Shown piece after piece: positions 27,541 to 37,021 of a stretch of 64,000 nucleotides of DNA. Positions within the stretch are counted from its first letter, which is position 1. Each line of letters starts with the position of its first letter. The position numbers were made by a program, and so were the translations under genes. A model generated the notes under the pieces. That model did no database searches. It had not been told where the DNA came from and saw only the letters and a program-made list of their open reading frames with translations. The DNA is taken from contig CAZSWA010000003.1 in the NCBI GenBank assembly GCA_964610465.1, forward strand, positions 6,245-70,244, written 5' to 3'. The stretch comes from an uncultured Gammaproteobacteria bacterium. Its GTDB lineage: Bacteria > Patescibacteriota > Microgenomatia > Levybacterales > UBA12049.

Positions 27541-28212
27541 AATCTATATTAAGATTTACATAAACTCTACCGTTTGTCAAGATATCAGTTTTGTATCTTA
27601 CAGATTTCATACCAGCCACTTGATTTCTTTATATAGTACAAAAAAAAGAATATTCTTGTTTAATTCTGTTTTAAGTTTTATCTTGTTACTGTAATCGTAG
27701 AACCCAATTCTGCAGCTGGAGCTGAAACGGTAAGTCTGTTACTCCCTGCAATTTGTTGAATCATATATCCTGTTGTCCATGTGGTACCAGTACATCCTGA
27801 TGATTGAACAGGTTGTGCTCCACCCGCTGTTAACGGGTCAACTGGAAGTGCTGCAATATACTGGGGAACTACTGCAGTACAGAATGTATTAAACGCAGTT
27901 GCAGCAATAGTTTGGGCTGTGGTGGTAATCCCTGGAGGCAACGTGCCTTTGTTGTCTGCCATATATTGATTGGTAGCATTCAGGATTGCATTGACATCTG
28001 CGCTTCTTTTAGTATTGTTTGATTGAGAAAACTGTCGCGCCGGGTTAATAGCAATAAGAGTGATTGCGAGTAAGATTGCAAGGATTCCGATGACAACCAA
28101 AAGCTCGATAAGAGTAAACCCTTTTCCCTGTCTTTTGATAAGCAGTTGTTTATTCATAATCTATATTAAGATTTACATAAACTCTACCGTTTGTCAAGAT
28201 ATCAGTTTTGCG
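27068..28212. repeat. tandem direct duplication (about 520-530 bp unit, period about 620 bp) containing a pilin gene plus its 55-bp upstream region
   Basis: 27068-27595 and 27692-28212 are near-identical. They differ only near the pilin 3' end (a 9-nt indel plus substitutions). Confidence 0.9.
27678..28157 (-). CDS. type IV major pilin, copy 2 (identical to copy 1 over about the first 130 residues)
   Basis: Same leader and core as copy 1. The C-terminus reads 'YMIQQIAGSNRLTVS...TITVTR' versus 'YTIQAITGAGGSNRLTVS...TINVTR'. Confidence 0.85.
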   Translation of the reverse strand: MNKQLLIKRQGKGFTLIELLVVIGILAILLAITLIAINPARQFSQSNNTKRSADVNAILNATNQYMADNKGTLPPGITTTAQTIAATAFNTFCTAVVPQYIAALPVDPLTAGGAQPVQSSGCTGTTWTTGYMIQQIAGSNRLTVSAPAAELGSTITVTR

Positions 28213-28246
28213 TGCTCAGTTTACATTCGTGACACAGGTCACTGGA

Positions 28247-29482
28247 TTATAAATTGAGTTTGACAAGAAGAATATCAACTCTATAACCTGTTACACTTGT
28301 ATCTTCATGTACAATAGTATCTGTAGTAAATTTACCTATTATTGAGAGTATTTCATCCCGTATATCCTGAGGAACTTTTTTAGAAAAATTTATTACCGTT
28401 TTTAAAGATGTAGTGGAAGACGAATCTTGTACTGTTACTTTTTTATATCCACTCTGTGTTAAACTCTCTTTGAGTATATTTACTTGTTTTGCCGTGTTGC
28501 TCGTATTGATAATTGTAACTGTTAGAGATTTTTCCTTAAGCAAGGCTGAACTACTTGATATAAGAGCAGCTGAAGAACTTGCTTCAGGCGTAACAATAGG
28601 TGGAAGTAGTGTTGGAGATGACACTACCACAGACGGTGTAGTAACAGCAGGTTTTGAAGGTGACTGATTGGATATAATATAGACTGCAATAAGAACCCCG
28701 ATAAGAATGACAAAAATTCCAAGAAGAATAAAAACGCGTAAATTACCGGAGGATTTTTTCGCAGCAGGAGGAGATAGAGATATTGTGTCAGTATTTGCGG
28801 CTTGTTCTGCCTGGGCCTGGATTTCGATATTGGTTTTTGAGGCAAGAAGATTTTCCTGTTTAAAACTGTCAAGTTTTTTAAAAACCATATTTGCTGTCTC
28901 TTTATTTAAATCACTTGTTAATTTTATTTTGGGTTCATAAAGAAATGCCGGAATTACCAAATCTATATGAAAGTCATATTTTTCAAAAACTGATTTAATC
29001 GCTTGATAAAAATTACTATTGGCAGCAAGTACTCTTATTCCGTTTTGTATAGGATATCTCTTACTTATAATATCTTCAAAAGGTACCGCATCAAGATAAT
29101 TTTTAATTGATGTTTCTAAGTCTTCCTGAGGAGCTGTTGGGGAGGCCGATTGATTTGCAGAAGTCCCAGTAGTTTGTGCAGATTTTTGTGGTTTTTTATT
29201 GGCCTGGTCTTTTGCGGAAGATTTAGAAAATTCTTTTATAAAAAGCGTGTCATTGGAAAGTATGATAGCCAAATTACGTGAAGTAATTTTGTTGGTATCC
29301 AAAAATTGCTTTATCCTGGTATCAAGAATTTCTTTATTGATAATATCAGTGTGCAGTATTGCATCCGTTTCAAATGTAAATTGATAAACAGATGGCAAGT
29401 CCGGAGCGTACAGATTTAATTTATCTCTTTGTAAATAAAGTATTCCTGATTGACCTTTTGTCATTAGTAAATTACCCTCCAT
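28247..29482 (-). CDS. pilus-operon membrane protein: cytoplasmic N-domain, single TM, S/T/P-rich linker, C-terminal LytR_C-like domain (PilM/PilN-like candidate)
   Basis: Domain layout is read from the sequence. Overlaps the upstream minor pilin gene. Confidence 0.4.
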   Translation of the reverse strand: MEGNLLMTKGQSGILYLQRDKLNLYAPDLPSVYQFTFETDAILHTDIINKEILDTRIKQFLDTNKITSRNLAIILSNDTLFIKEFSKSSAKDQANKKPQKSAQTTGTSANQSASPTAPQEDLETSIKNYLDAVPFEDIISKRYPIQNGIRVLAANSNFYQAIKSVFEKYDFHIDLVIPAFLYEPKIKLTSDLNKETANMVFKKLDSFKQENLLASKTNIEIQAQAEQAANTDTISLSPPAAKKSSGNLRVFILLGIFVILIGVLIAVYIISNQSPSKPAVTTPSVVVSSPTLLPPIVTPEASSSAALISSSSALLKEKSLTVTIINTSNTAKQVNILKESLTQSGYKKVTVQDSSSTTSLKTVINFSKKVPQDIRDEILSIIGKFTTDTIVHEDTSVTGYRVDILLVKLNL

Positions 29483-29880
29483 GTTTGTATTGATAGTACA
29501 TTATTCACCCAATTCACTGTTGCTTGTACCTTTCTTACAAAATTTCCTTCCTGACCTTGCGATAGTATGATATAAGGATTTCCTCCACTTACCTGCACAG
29601 TCGCTGATGGAGTCGCAATCGATCCAGATGGACTTCCTACATATAATGTTTCACCTTTATAAGTAGGATCCCTCAACAATCTTAGTATAGCATTTTCTAC
29701 ACCACTTTCTGCAACCATATATGCAATTTCACCTTCCTGAATTTTTGTACTGGAGTTTGTGTTTAAAACTATAATAATTACACTCGCAGAAATAATCGTT
29801 ACTGCAACCACTACGAAAAGTAAAAGCGTAATTAATGCTTGCCCTTTTTGTAATTTTTTTATCTGTAAGTTTTTTTTCAT
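29464..29880 (-). CDS. PilX-like minor pilin (prepilin-like N-terminus without Glu5)
   Basis: 'KLQKGQALITLLLFVVVAVTII' is a PilX_N-type helix. Confidence 0.55.
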   Translation of the reverse strand: MKKNLQIKKLQKGQALITLLLFVVVAVTIISASVIIIVLNTNSSTKIQEGEIAYMVAESGVENAILRLLRDPTYKGETLYVGSPSGSIATPSATVQVSGGNPYIILSQGQEGNFVRKVQATVNWVNNVLSIQTWRVIY

Positions 29881-30398
29881 TGTAAACCAACTGTTGTACT
29901 AAAATTCCGTGTTTCAGGTTTTCCTGTAGTACGACTAGTTTTGCTAGTGACAGTAAATGTGATTTTAACTGTATCAGTATTGCTTCCTCCATTGCCTATT
30001 CGTAAGAAATTGAGATTTGATACTGTAGTGTCATAGCTATTTAAATTATCTGTGCCATTTGCATCTGTAATCTGGAAATTACCATTACCGTCAGTTGCAT
30101 AGGTATAGTTTATCGCGTTGGAAGTAATTTGCAATGTAGCACCTTGCTGACCAGGACTTGCAGGGACATTGATAGTATCCGCTGAATTTATATCATATAG
30201 AAGTCTTGATAGAATAAATTTCCCGTCCTGTTCAACATCTGATGAAGATTGAGATTCAAGTCCCACATCTAAAACAGTAGAAAAAATACTTGAAAGGCTT
30301 GCAATAAGCAAGGTCAATACTCCCATATAGATAAGTAACTCAATAAGAGTATATCCTTTCGCATAAGATTGTTTTCTATATTTTGCAAAAATTTTCAT
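29877..30398 (-). CDS. minor (pseudo)pilin with prepilin cleavage/methylation motif
   Basis: 'KGYTLIELLIYMGVLTLL'. Confidence 0.7.
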   Translation of the reverse strand: MKIFAKYRKQSYAKGYTLIELLIYMGVLTLLIASLSSIFSTVLDVGLESQSSSDVEQDGKFILSRLLYDINSADTINVPASPGQQGATLQITSNAINYTYATDGNGNFQITDANGTDNLNSYDTTVSNLNFLRIGNGGSNTDTVKITFTVTSKTSRTTGKPETRNFSTTVGLQ

Positions 30399-32434
30399 GG
30401 TGAATGATTTACACTAACATCATAAAGTACAGGCGTGAGATTTGAATCATTGGTCGTAAAATATGCTTTATATCGCATACACCATCCAGGATTGGTATAA
30501 CTTGGATTGTAATTACCAAAAGGTATTGCAGCAGAAATCGATGCAGCAACAGGAGTAAAGTAGGAAGCAGGATTTCCATTTGGTCCTACATAAGTATATG
30601 TCGCATTATTGCAATTACCGTTTACTGCCTGGGATGCAGCAACCTGTATCTGAATTGTAGTATTGGAAGGTTGATTGATGGTGGCAACTAATCTATTGAA
30701 TGTCATCTGGTGAGTTGGAGGTTGAGTAAGCGCAAAATTTCTGGATTCAAATGTTCCGCTGCTTGAATAGGTACCTCCTGACCCTCCTTCAACTATTTGC
30801 ACTTCTGCGCTTGCATTATCAGTAAGTATATACGAAAAATGATCACCATCTGTTTCTATTACAGGAGAGATTGCATAAATAGTATTTACACCAGGAATTG
30901 TAATTCCGCCGCATCGGACTGGCACACTGGCATTACTTACGTCAATTACCTGATAGACCTGACCACTTGAACCGCCGATTGCTACTCTATTTCCTGGAAT
31001 TGCAACTACTGCTTTTGGACTCATATTTTGTACTGTAGTATAATTTCCGACAATTGTATTGTTAGAAAGATCAATAATAAAAAGGTCAGGCTCTGTTGAT
31101 AAATAATTGGTAACTACATAGGCATACGTTGCAGCCTGGGAAACATACACATCATTTGCTCCGAGACTATTCCCAAGATTAATATCAGCAATATCTGTAA
31201 GACGAGTTGGATCTAAGGCGTTGATAATTTGCAACTGTTTGGTGGTACTTGATGTTGCGATATACACAGTAGTTCCTACGACAAAGACTTTGTTACCAGT
31301 TCCTGCCAAATTAAATACACCAAGTTGTGTTTGGCTGCTTGAACCTTGTATTGATTTTAGATCAAATGTGTAAAGCTTACTTCCAATTGTGACATACCCT
31401 ACATTGCCGCCATAGGAAGTATTATTGGCCACATATACACTGGTTCCTGTGCCACCTGGATCAAAATATCCTGCTTTTGTAAAATTTGGCGGATTTTGTA
31501 TATTAAGAATATCTACTGACGGACCTGGATTAGCTGCTGCAAGATATGCATATTGTGAATCAGCATAAAGTCCATAGGTTTTTATATTTTCTGTAGTATA
31601 AGACCCGTTATAGGAAATTACAGGAGGACTGGGATTAGGCGGGTCACTCACTACTGCGCTCTCCATAGGATTACCGGAAGAATTACCTCCTGTAGTTGAA
31701 TAAATCGTATTTTTATTTGCACCAACAAAGGTAGTAATAGCAGTAGCGATAGCGGAGCCTGGTAAATTATATGTTAAAGATGCGGTAGGTGTAGCGGGTT
31801 GACACCAATCACCATGTCCACCTGCACCAAGCTGTACCTGTCCATCATTAGGCGTTCCACTCGGAATAGTATTTACTACTGCCACTCCTGACAAAACATT
31901 TCCTGCATTAAAATCAGTAGTAGTTGTATCAGTGTCTGAAATATTATCCTGATGGGTAAGATATAAGGTAGAAGTAATAGAACTTGCATACGGCTGTGTC
32001 CATGAAATAGTAATAGCTATTTGTTTGGTTGAAGGATCAAGCGTCCCTGCAGGAGAAGCGACAATTGCGCCGGTTGATGCTCTATTTACATCACTAATAT
32101 CTATTCTTTGTGTCAAGCCATTTATAGTCTGTGTACCTGATACTAACATCCAGGCATTCCCGGAAGTTGTGGCATAGTATGTCCCATCAGTTGTGATGGC
32201 ATTCCAGTTATTATTGCGTATGCTTTTGATTGCTTCTTCACTTTCTTTAAGAAATTGTATTGCCTGGATTCGTTGTAATTCTTGTGGTTTTCCGCTGCGT
32301 GAAGCCACAACTCCTGTAAGAATCGCTGGGAATATGATTGCCGCAAGACCAATAGCAAGCAACACTTCTACAAGTGTTTGTCCCTTTTCCAAAAAGTTCT
32401 TATACTTTGTGTTAATTAACTTGAGTAATTGCAC
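30395..32434 (-). CDS. giant pseudopilin (679 aa), putative pilus tip or adhesin subunit
   Basis: 'EKGQTLVEVLLAIGLAAIIF' is a prepilin-type N-terminus with Glu5. The long Ser/Thr/Gly/Asn-rich extracellular region reads as beta-rich. Confidence 0.55.
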   Translation of the reverse strand: MQLLKLINTKYKNFLEKGQTLVEVLLAIGLAAIIFPAILTGVVASRSGKPQELQRIQAIQFLKESEEAIKSIRNNNWNAITTDGTYYATTSGNAWMLVSGTQTINGLTQRIDISDVNRASTGAIVASPAGTLDPSTKQIAITISWTQPYASSITSTLYLTHQDNISDTDTTTTDFNAGNVLSGVAVVNTIPSGTPNDGQVQLGAGGHGDWCQPATPTASLTYNLPGSAIATAITTFVGANKNTIYSTTGGNSSGNPMESAVVSDPPNPSPPVISYNGSYTTENIKTYGLYADSQYAYLAAANPGPSVDILNIQNPPNFTKAGYFDPGGTGTSVYVANNTSYGGNVGYVTIGSKLYTFDLKSIQGSSSQTQLGVFNLAGTGNKVFVVGTTVYIATSSTTKQLQIINALDPTRLTDIADINLGNSLGANDVYVSQAATYAYVVTNYLSTEPDLFIIDLSNNTIVGNYTTVQNMSPKAVVAIPGNRVAIGGSSGQVYQVIDVSNASVPVRCGGITIPGVNTIYAISPVIETDGDHFSYILTDNASAEVQIVEGGSGGTYSSSGTFESRNFALTQPPTHQMTFNRLVATINQPSNTTIQIQVAASQAVNGNCNNATYTYVGPNGNPASYFTPVAASISAAIPFGNYNPSYTNPGWCMRYKAYFTTNDSNLTPVLYDVSVNHSP

Positions 32435-32909
32435 CTCTTCTGTTTATTGTTATAGTTTTTTGAACATTCGATTGCGTATCTTTAAGAATAACTGTGTTTG
32501 ATCCAACACTAAATCCTATGATTTCACCGCTTCCACTGGCAAAAATAACTGAAGAGTTAGGAAATGTAATACCAGTAAATTGCAATGTATCTGGCAAAGA
32601 AGCCGAAAAATTTGTCGTATCTGAAGATGAGTAACTTGCTCCATGAAACAGCACATAACTATTGGCACTAAAGTAGATTCCATAGCTATCCATTACTCCC
32701 CGGCCTTCTGTATCCCCTGTCATCGCTTTGATTTGCTGGTTTTTGATATCTGCAATAAGTGAATTAATCGTGGTAGATAGAGAACTATTGTGTTTAAATT
32801 CCAAAAGATTTACGGTAATAAGTAGGGCAAGCAAAGAAAAAATTGTCATCACGAGAAGCAATTCGATAAGTGTAAACCCTTGAAATTTCTGCTGAAAAGG
32901 ATATTTCAT
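32412..32909 (-). CDS. minor (pseudo)pilin with prepilin cleavage/methylation motif
   Basis: 'QGFTLIELLLVMTIFSLLALL'. Confidence 0.7.
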   Translation of the reverse strand: MKYPFQQKFQGFTLIELLLVMTIFSLLALLITVNLLEFKHNSSLSTTINSLIADIKNQQIKAMTGDTEGRGVMDSYGIYFSANSYVLFHGASYSSSDTTNFSASLPDTLQFTGITFPNSSVIFASGSGEIIGFSVGSNTVILKDTQSNVQKTITINRRGAITQVN

Positions 32910-33962
32910 TCATCGTCCTCCTACTTGACCAATCATACTGTAAATAGGAGCAATAATAGACATCATCATACCGCCAACCATAACTCCGACAAATACCAAC
33001 ATAAGAGGTTCCATTAATGCAGTTACTGTTTTTAATGAGTTTGATACTTGGTAATCCAGATATTCAGATGCATCAAGCATCGATTTATCAAGTGATCCGC
33101 TTCGTTCTCCTGCCTCTGTGATTTTTATGACAATACTTGGGATAACATTTTTTGAATATTTAAGACTCTCTGAAAGTTTTTTCCCATCAGCAACCGTATT
33201 CTTTGCATGCTTAATTGCTTTCTGAATATCTTTCTTAACTACTACTTCTTCTGTAAGTTCAAGCGCAGTAATAATCGGGATCCCCGCATTAAGAAGTAAA
33301 TATAAACTTCTCGTAAACCGGGTAAGATCTATATCCTTGGCAAGTTGCGAAACTACAGGTAACGAAATTAGGATGTATATAAACAACCTTTTGTTTTTCC
33401 TGTAGAGAAAAGCAATAATAGCTCCAATAACTCCAACCCCTATGATTACTTCAAGCGTATGAGTAAGCAATAAACTCGACAGAAATATCATGATTTTTGT
33501 AGGTAATGGAAGTGTTACATTTAAACGCGAGAAAACTGTTGAGATTTTCGGAACCACCACTACGAGAATAACTAGCATTACTGCGATAAATACAAAAAGA
33601 ATAAATACCGGATAGATAAGAGCTGATTTTATCTTATCTGCAAATTCCTGTTCTTTACGAATATTCACTTTAATGTCATTGAGGGTAACATCAAGCGTTC
33701 CTGCTTCTTCTGATGCTTTGATGATATTTATTGTTACCTTATCAAATACTCCTGGAAATTTTGAAAAGCTATAATATACATGTTGTCCTTGAGTTAAATC
33801 TTCTTTTAGTGTAGTAAGTATCTTTTTCATATTACCCTTTGAATCATCAAGAAGCGAATTTACTGTCTCAAGAATGGGAATTCCTGAGGTCAACATCGTA
33901 TGCATATTACTAACAAGAGTAATTTTATCATTTCCTGATAATGAAATATTTTGAGTTTTCAT
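32910..33962 (-). CDS. pilC: type IV pilus inner-membrane platform protein PilC / GspF family
   Basis: Two GspF-like repeats and three TM segments. Operon position next to pilB. Confidence 0.75.
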   Translation of the reverse strand: MKTQNISLSGNDKITLVSNMHTMLTSGIPILETVNSLLDDSKGNMKKILTTLKEDLTQGQHVYYSFSKFPGVFDKVTINIIKASEEAGTLDVTLNDIKVNIRKEQEFADKIKSALIYPVFILFVFIAVMLVILVVVVPKISTVFSRLNVTLPLPTKIMIFLSSLLLTHTLEVIIGVGVIGAIIAFLYRKNKRLFIYILISLPVVSQLAKDIDLTRFTRSLYLLLNAGIPIITALELTEEVVVKKDIQKAIKHAKNTVADGKKLSESLKYSKNVIPSIVIKITEAGERSGSLDKSMLDASEYLDYQVSNSLKTVTALMEPLMLVFVGVMVGGMMMSIIAPIYSMIGQVGGR

Positions 33963-35644
33963 AACGCTTCCACCTTTGTAACTCTTAATACTTCTTCTAT
34001 TGTTGTCACACCTTTGACGACCTTGTCCAATCCATCCTCAAGCATGGTAGTCATACCTTCTGTAACTGCTTGTTTCAAAATTACGTCTGCGTCATTTTTG
34101 GCTGTGATGAGTTTTCGTATTTCATTACTGACTTCAAGCACTTCAAATACCCCAAGCCTTCCTGAATAACCGGTAAAATGACATACGTCACAACCTTTGC
34201 CGCTATAAATTGTTGCTTCTTTTGCATTGCCAAAATATTTTTTAATTAAGTCTTTTGATAGGTTTTTTGAAAGGTCATCATATGGAACAAGGAGTGAACT
34301 TTTGCACATCTCACATATTTTCCTCACAAGTCTTTGGGCAACGATGACATTAACAGTTGATGCAACGAGAAATGGTTCAACTTTCATATCTGACAAACGG
34401 GGCAAAGCAGTTGCAGCGTCATTGGTATGTAGAGTAGAAACTACTAAATGGCCTGTAAGTGCTGCATTTACTGCAATACCTGCTGTTTCAATATCGCGGA
34501 TTTCTCCCACAAAAATTATATTTGGATCCTGTCGCAAAATAGAACGAAGCCCACTGGCAAAGGTGAGCTCTGTTTTAGCATTGGTCTGAATTTGATTGAC
34601 ACCCTTCATTCTATATTCAACCGGATCTTCAATCGTCGTGATATTTTTATCTCTGGTGTTTAAGATTTTGAGAACTGCGTAGATAGAGGTCGTCTTTCCA
34701 CTACCCGTTGGGCCAGTTGAAAGAATCATTCCGTAGGATTTCGCGTATGCTTTTTCAACTTTTGCTAAATCTTTTTCATTCATTCCTAAATCAACTAGTG
34801 AGAATTGCCTGAATTTGGAAGCAAGAAGTCTTAATACTATCTTCTCACCATGAACAATGGGCACTATTGAGACACGGATATCTAAATCTTCTTCATCTAA
34901 ATGGATTTTCATCTTTCCATCCTGTGGTGCCATATGCTCATCAGTTCTCAAGTTAGATAGCACTTTGATTCTTGAGGTAACCTGCTCATGCAGATTTTTG
35001 GGTAAAAATAATACATCATGCAAAATACCATCGACGCGAAAGCGTACAAGGGAATCTTTTTCCTCAGGCTCAATATGCACATCTGATGCTCTATCCTGAT
35101 AGGCATAATTTACAATCAAATCAACTATCTTGGCAATTGGCGCTTCTAATGATTCAACTTTCCCTGCATTGCCCAGCTCATTTCGTATCAATGCATCAAA
35201 AGTTTTTTGCAAGTCTTTTCTATATATCCAAAGCTTATTGAAAATATCTCTTTCTGTTGCCAGGTATGCAGTTATTTTTTCTTTGGTTTTTTGAGCGACA
35301 AGTTCGGTAATTAGCGTATTCCCTGGATCGACCATTGCGACTTTCAATCCATCATTGTCGCGGGCAAAAGGAATTACTTTGTATTTTCTGGCTATTCTTT
35401 CCGGGATTACTTTAAATATTTCCTCAGGAATGGAAATTTTAGCAAGAACAATATAGGGAACTTTAAGGTAATCAGCAATTACGATACCTAACTTTTCATC
35501 AGTTATGATGTCTTTTTCAATTAACGCATCTTGAAATGTGATGTTGGCATTTTTGGCATAATCGAGTACTTCCTGTAACTTTGCTTCATCAGTAAGTTTG
35601 AGACCCGTGATTAACGTTTTTAGTTGTTCGTCTGTAACACCCAT
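33959..35644 (-). CDS. pilB: type IV pilus assembly ATPase PilB / GspE family
   Basis: Walker A 'GPTGSGKTT', 'IFVGEIRD', and a tetracysteine 'C..C...C..C'-like region near the C-terminus. Confidence 0.85.
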   Translation of the reverse strand: MGVTDEQLKTLITGLKLTDEAKLQEVLDYAKNANITFQDALIEKDIITDEKLGIVIADYLKVPYIVLAKISIPEEIFKVIPERIARKYKVIPFARDNDGLKVAMVDPGNTLITELVAQKTKEKITAYLATERDIFNKLWIYRKDLQKTFDALIRNELGNAGKVESLEAPIAKIVDLIVNYAYQDRASDVHIEPEEKDSLVRFRVDGILHDVLFLPKNLHEQVTSRIKVLSNLRTDEHMAPQDGKMKIHLDEEDLDIRVSIVPIVHGEKIVLRLLASKFRQFSLVDLGMNEKDLAKVEKAYAKSYGMILSTGPTGSGKTTSIYAVLKILNTRDKNITTIEDPVEYRMKGVNQIQTNAKTELTFASGLRSILRQDPNIIFVGEIRDIETAGIAVNAALTGHLVVSTLHTNDAATALPRLSDMKVEPFLVASTVNVIVAQRLVRKICEMCKSSLLVPYDDLSKNLSKDLIKKYFGNAKEATIYSGKGCDVCHFTGYSGRLGVFEVLEVSNEIRKLITAKNDADVILKQAVTEGMTTMLEDGLDKVVKGVTTIEEVLRVTKVEAL

Positions 35645-35650
35645 GGGCAG

Positions 35651-36028
35651 TTATTGTAAATAATTGTCTTTATTTAAATTTTGCACTTTTTTCCATAATT
35701 TTTCAAAATCAAAAAAGCTTTTGTTGATATAGTCCCGTGCTCCCAGTTTTTTGGCTTTTTCTACATCTGATTGCTGACCAAGTGTAGAGAACACAAGAAC
35801 TGGTATCTTCTTCAATTCCGTACTTTCTGACAAATCTTTCAACACTCCAAAGCCGTCTTTTTTGGGCATAATAAGATCCAGAAGTATTACATCAGGTTTT
35901 ACTTCTTTAATCTTGGCTATGCCTTCTTCTCCATCGGCTGCCTCATACACTTCTACTTTTTGTTCCTTAAATTTCGATGCGTAAAACTGTCTGAAAAATT
36001 TATCGTCCTCTACTAATACTATACGCAT
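35651..36028 (-). CDS. CheY-like response regulator receiver (stand-alone)
   Basis: 'RIVLVEDD', 'DVILLDLIMP', 'KLGARDYI'. Confidence 0.75.
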   Translation of the reverse strand: MRIVLVEDDKFFRQFYASKFKEQKVEVYEAADGEEGIAKIKEVKPDVILLDLIMPKKDGFGVLKDLSESTELKKIPVLVFSTLGQQSDVEKAKKLGARDYINKSFFDFEKLWKKVQNLNKDNYLQ

Positions 36029-36041
36029 ATATGAAAATGAA

Positions 36042-36440
36042 TTACAAGTCGGGTTTTATACCGGTTACTTTCTCAAGTTGAGCAATTTCTTGTGTCATTG
36101 CTATTTCAGTTTTTTCATTTTTAATCTTATCAAGAGATTTTTGGAGAATTTCTGCAGTATTTTGAAGATACTTGAGAATTTCGTGAGTAAGAGTCAATTT
36201 ATCGTCCTTATAATTACGAAATATATTCTCTATGATATTGCATACCTTCCCAAAACTCTTGTATCCCATGACTATACTTTGGCTTTTTAGAGAATGGGCA
36301 TCAAGATGCACTTCGTCAATTGCTTTTTTGTTTTGCGGGTTTTTCATAAGCTCAGCAAGATTTTTCTTCATATTATCAAGATATTCCTGTGAGGTCTGAA
36401 TAAACAAATCCTGAAATTTATTTAAATCAAAATCAGCCAT
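36042..36440 (-). CDS. HPt (histidine phosphotransfer) domain protein
   Basis: 'HLDAHSLKSQS' matches the HPt phospho-His motif (H..KG). All-helical, about 130 aa. Confidence 0.55.
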   Translation of the reverse strand: MADFDLNKFQDLFIQTSQEYLDNMKKNLAELMKNPQNKKAIDEVHLDAHSLKSQSIVMGYKSFGKVCNIIENIFRNYKDDKLTLTHEILKYLQNTAEILQKSLDKIKNEKTEIAMTQEIAQLEKVTGIKPDL

Positions 36441-36571
36441 AAATATTGTGAATTTTATTTATTTCACTATACTGAGCTATTATACCATTGTCAACATATC
36501 TTGTGCTGAAGAAGTAAGTACTATTTTGCATTTTTTGTAAGTTAATAAGAAAACATTGTATATTTTCTATT

Positions 36572-37021
36572 ATGACGCAAGAAGAATTAAATCAAATGAG
36601 ACAAATATTTTGGGAAGAACAAAAACCCTTGCTGGATAGGATGGATAATATTGAGAAGAAACAAAAACGAATGCAAAGAGATATATTCTACATTAAAAAA
36701 ACTCAAAATGTAACGATAGCTCATTTTGATAAGGGGATATTGTCCATGAAAAAAGAATTAAAGCACTTGAAGAACATATCTTATATAAGCATTACTATGC
36801 TTATGCTTAAAGAACCGTTGCAGTTAGTAGCAGATAGATTTACAAAACACATAAAAGAAGAATATCTAGGGGGTGAACGGCAAAAAGAGTTAAGAACACA
36901 AGAAACTAATAATAATGGGATTTCGCCTTTTTTCCATACAGATGTATTTGATCTCAGAACATGGGGTGGCTATAGTATAGCAGGAAGACATATACAACCA
37001 GATACCCTCATGCAGAAATAG
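36572..37021 (+). CDS. hypothetical protein (coiled-coil N-terminus)
   Basis: ORF only. Confidence 0.35.
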   Translation: MTQEELNQMRQIFWEEQKPLLDRMDNIEKKQKRMQRDIFYIKKTQNVTIAHFDKGILSMKKELKHLKNISYISITMLMLKEPLQLVADRFTKHIKEEYLGGERQKELRTQETNNNGISPFFHTDVFDLRTWGGYSIAGRHIQPDTLMQK

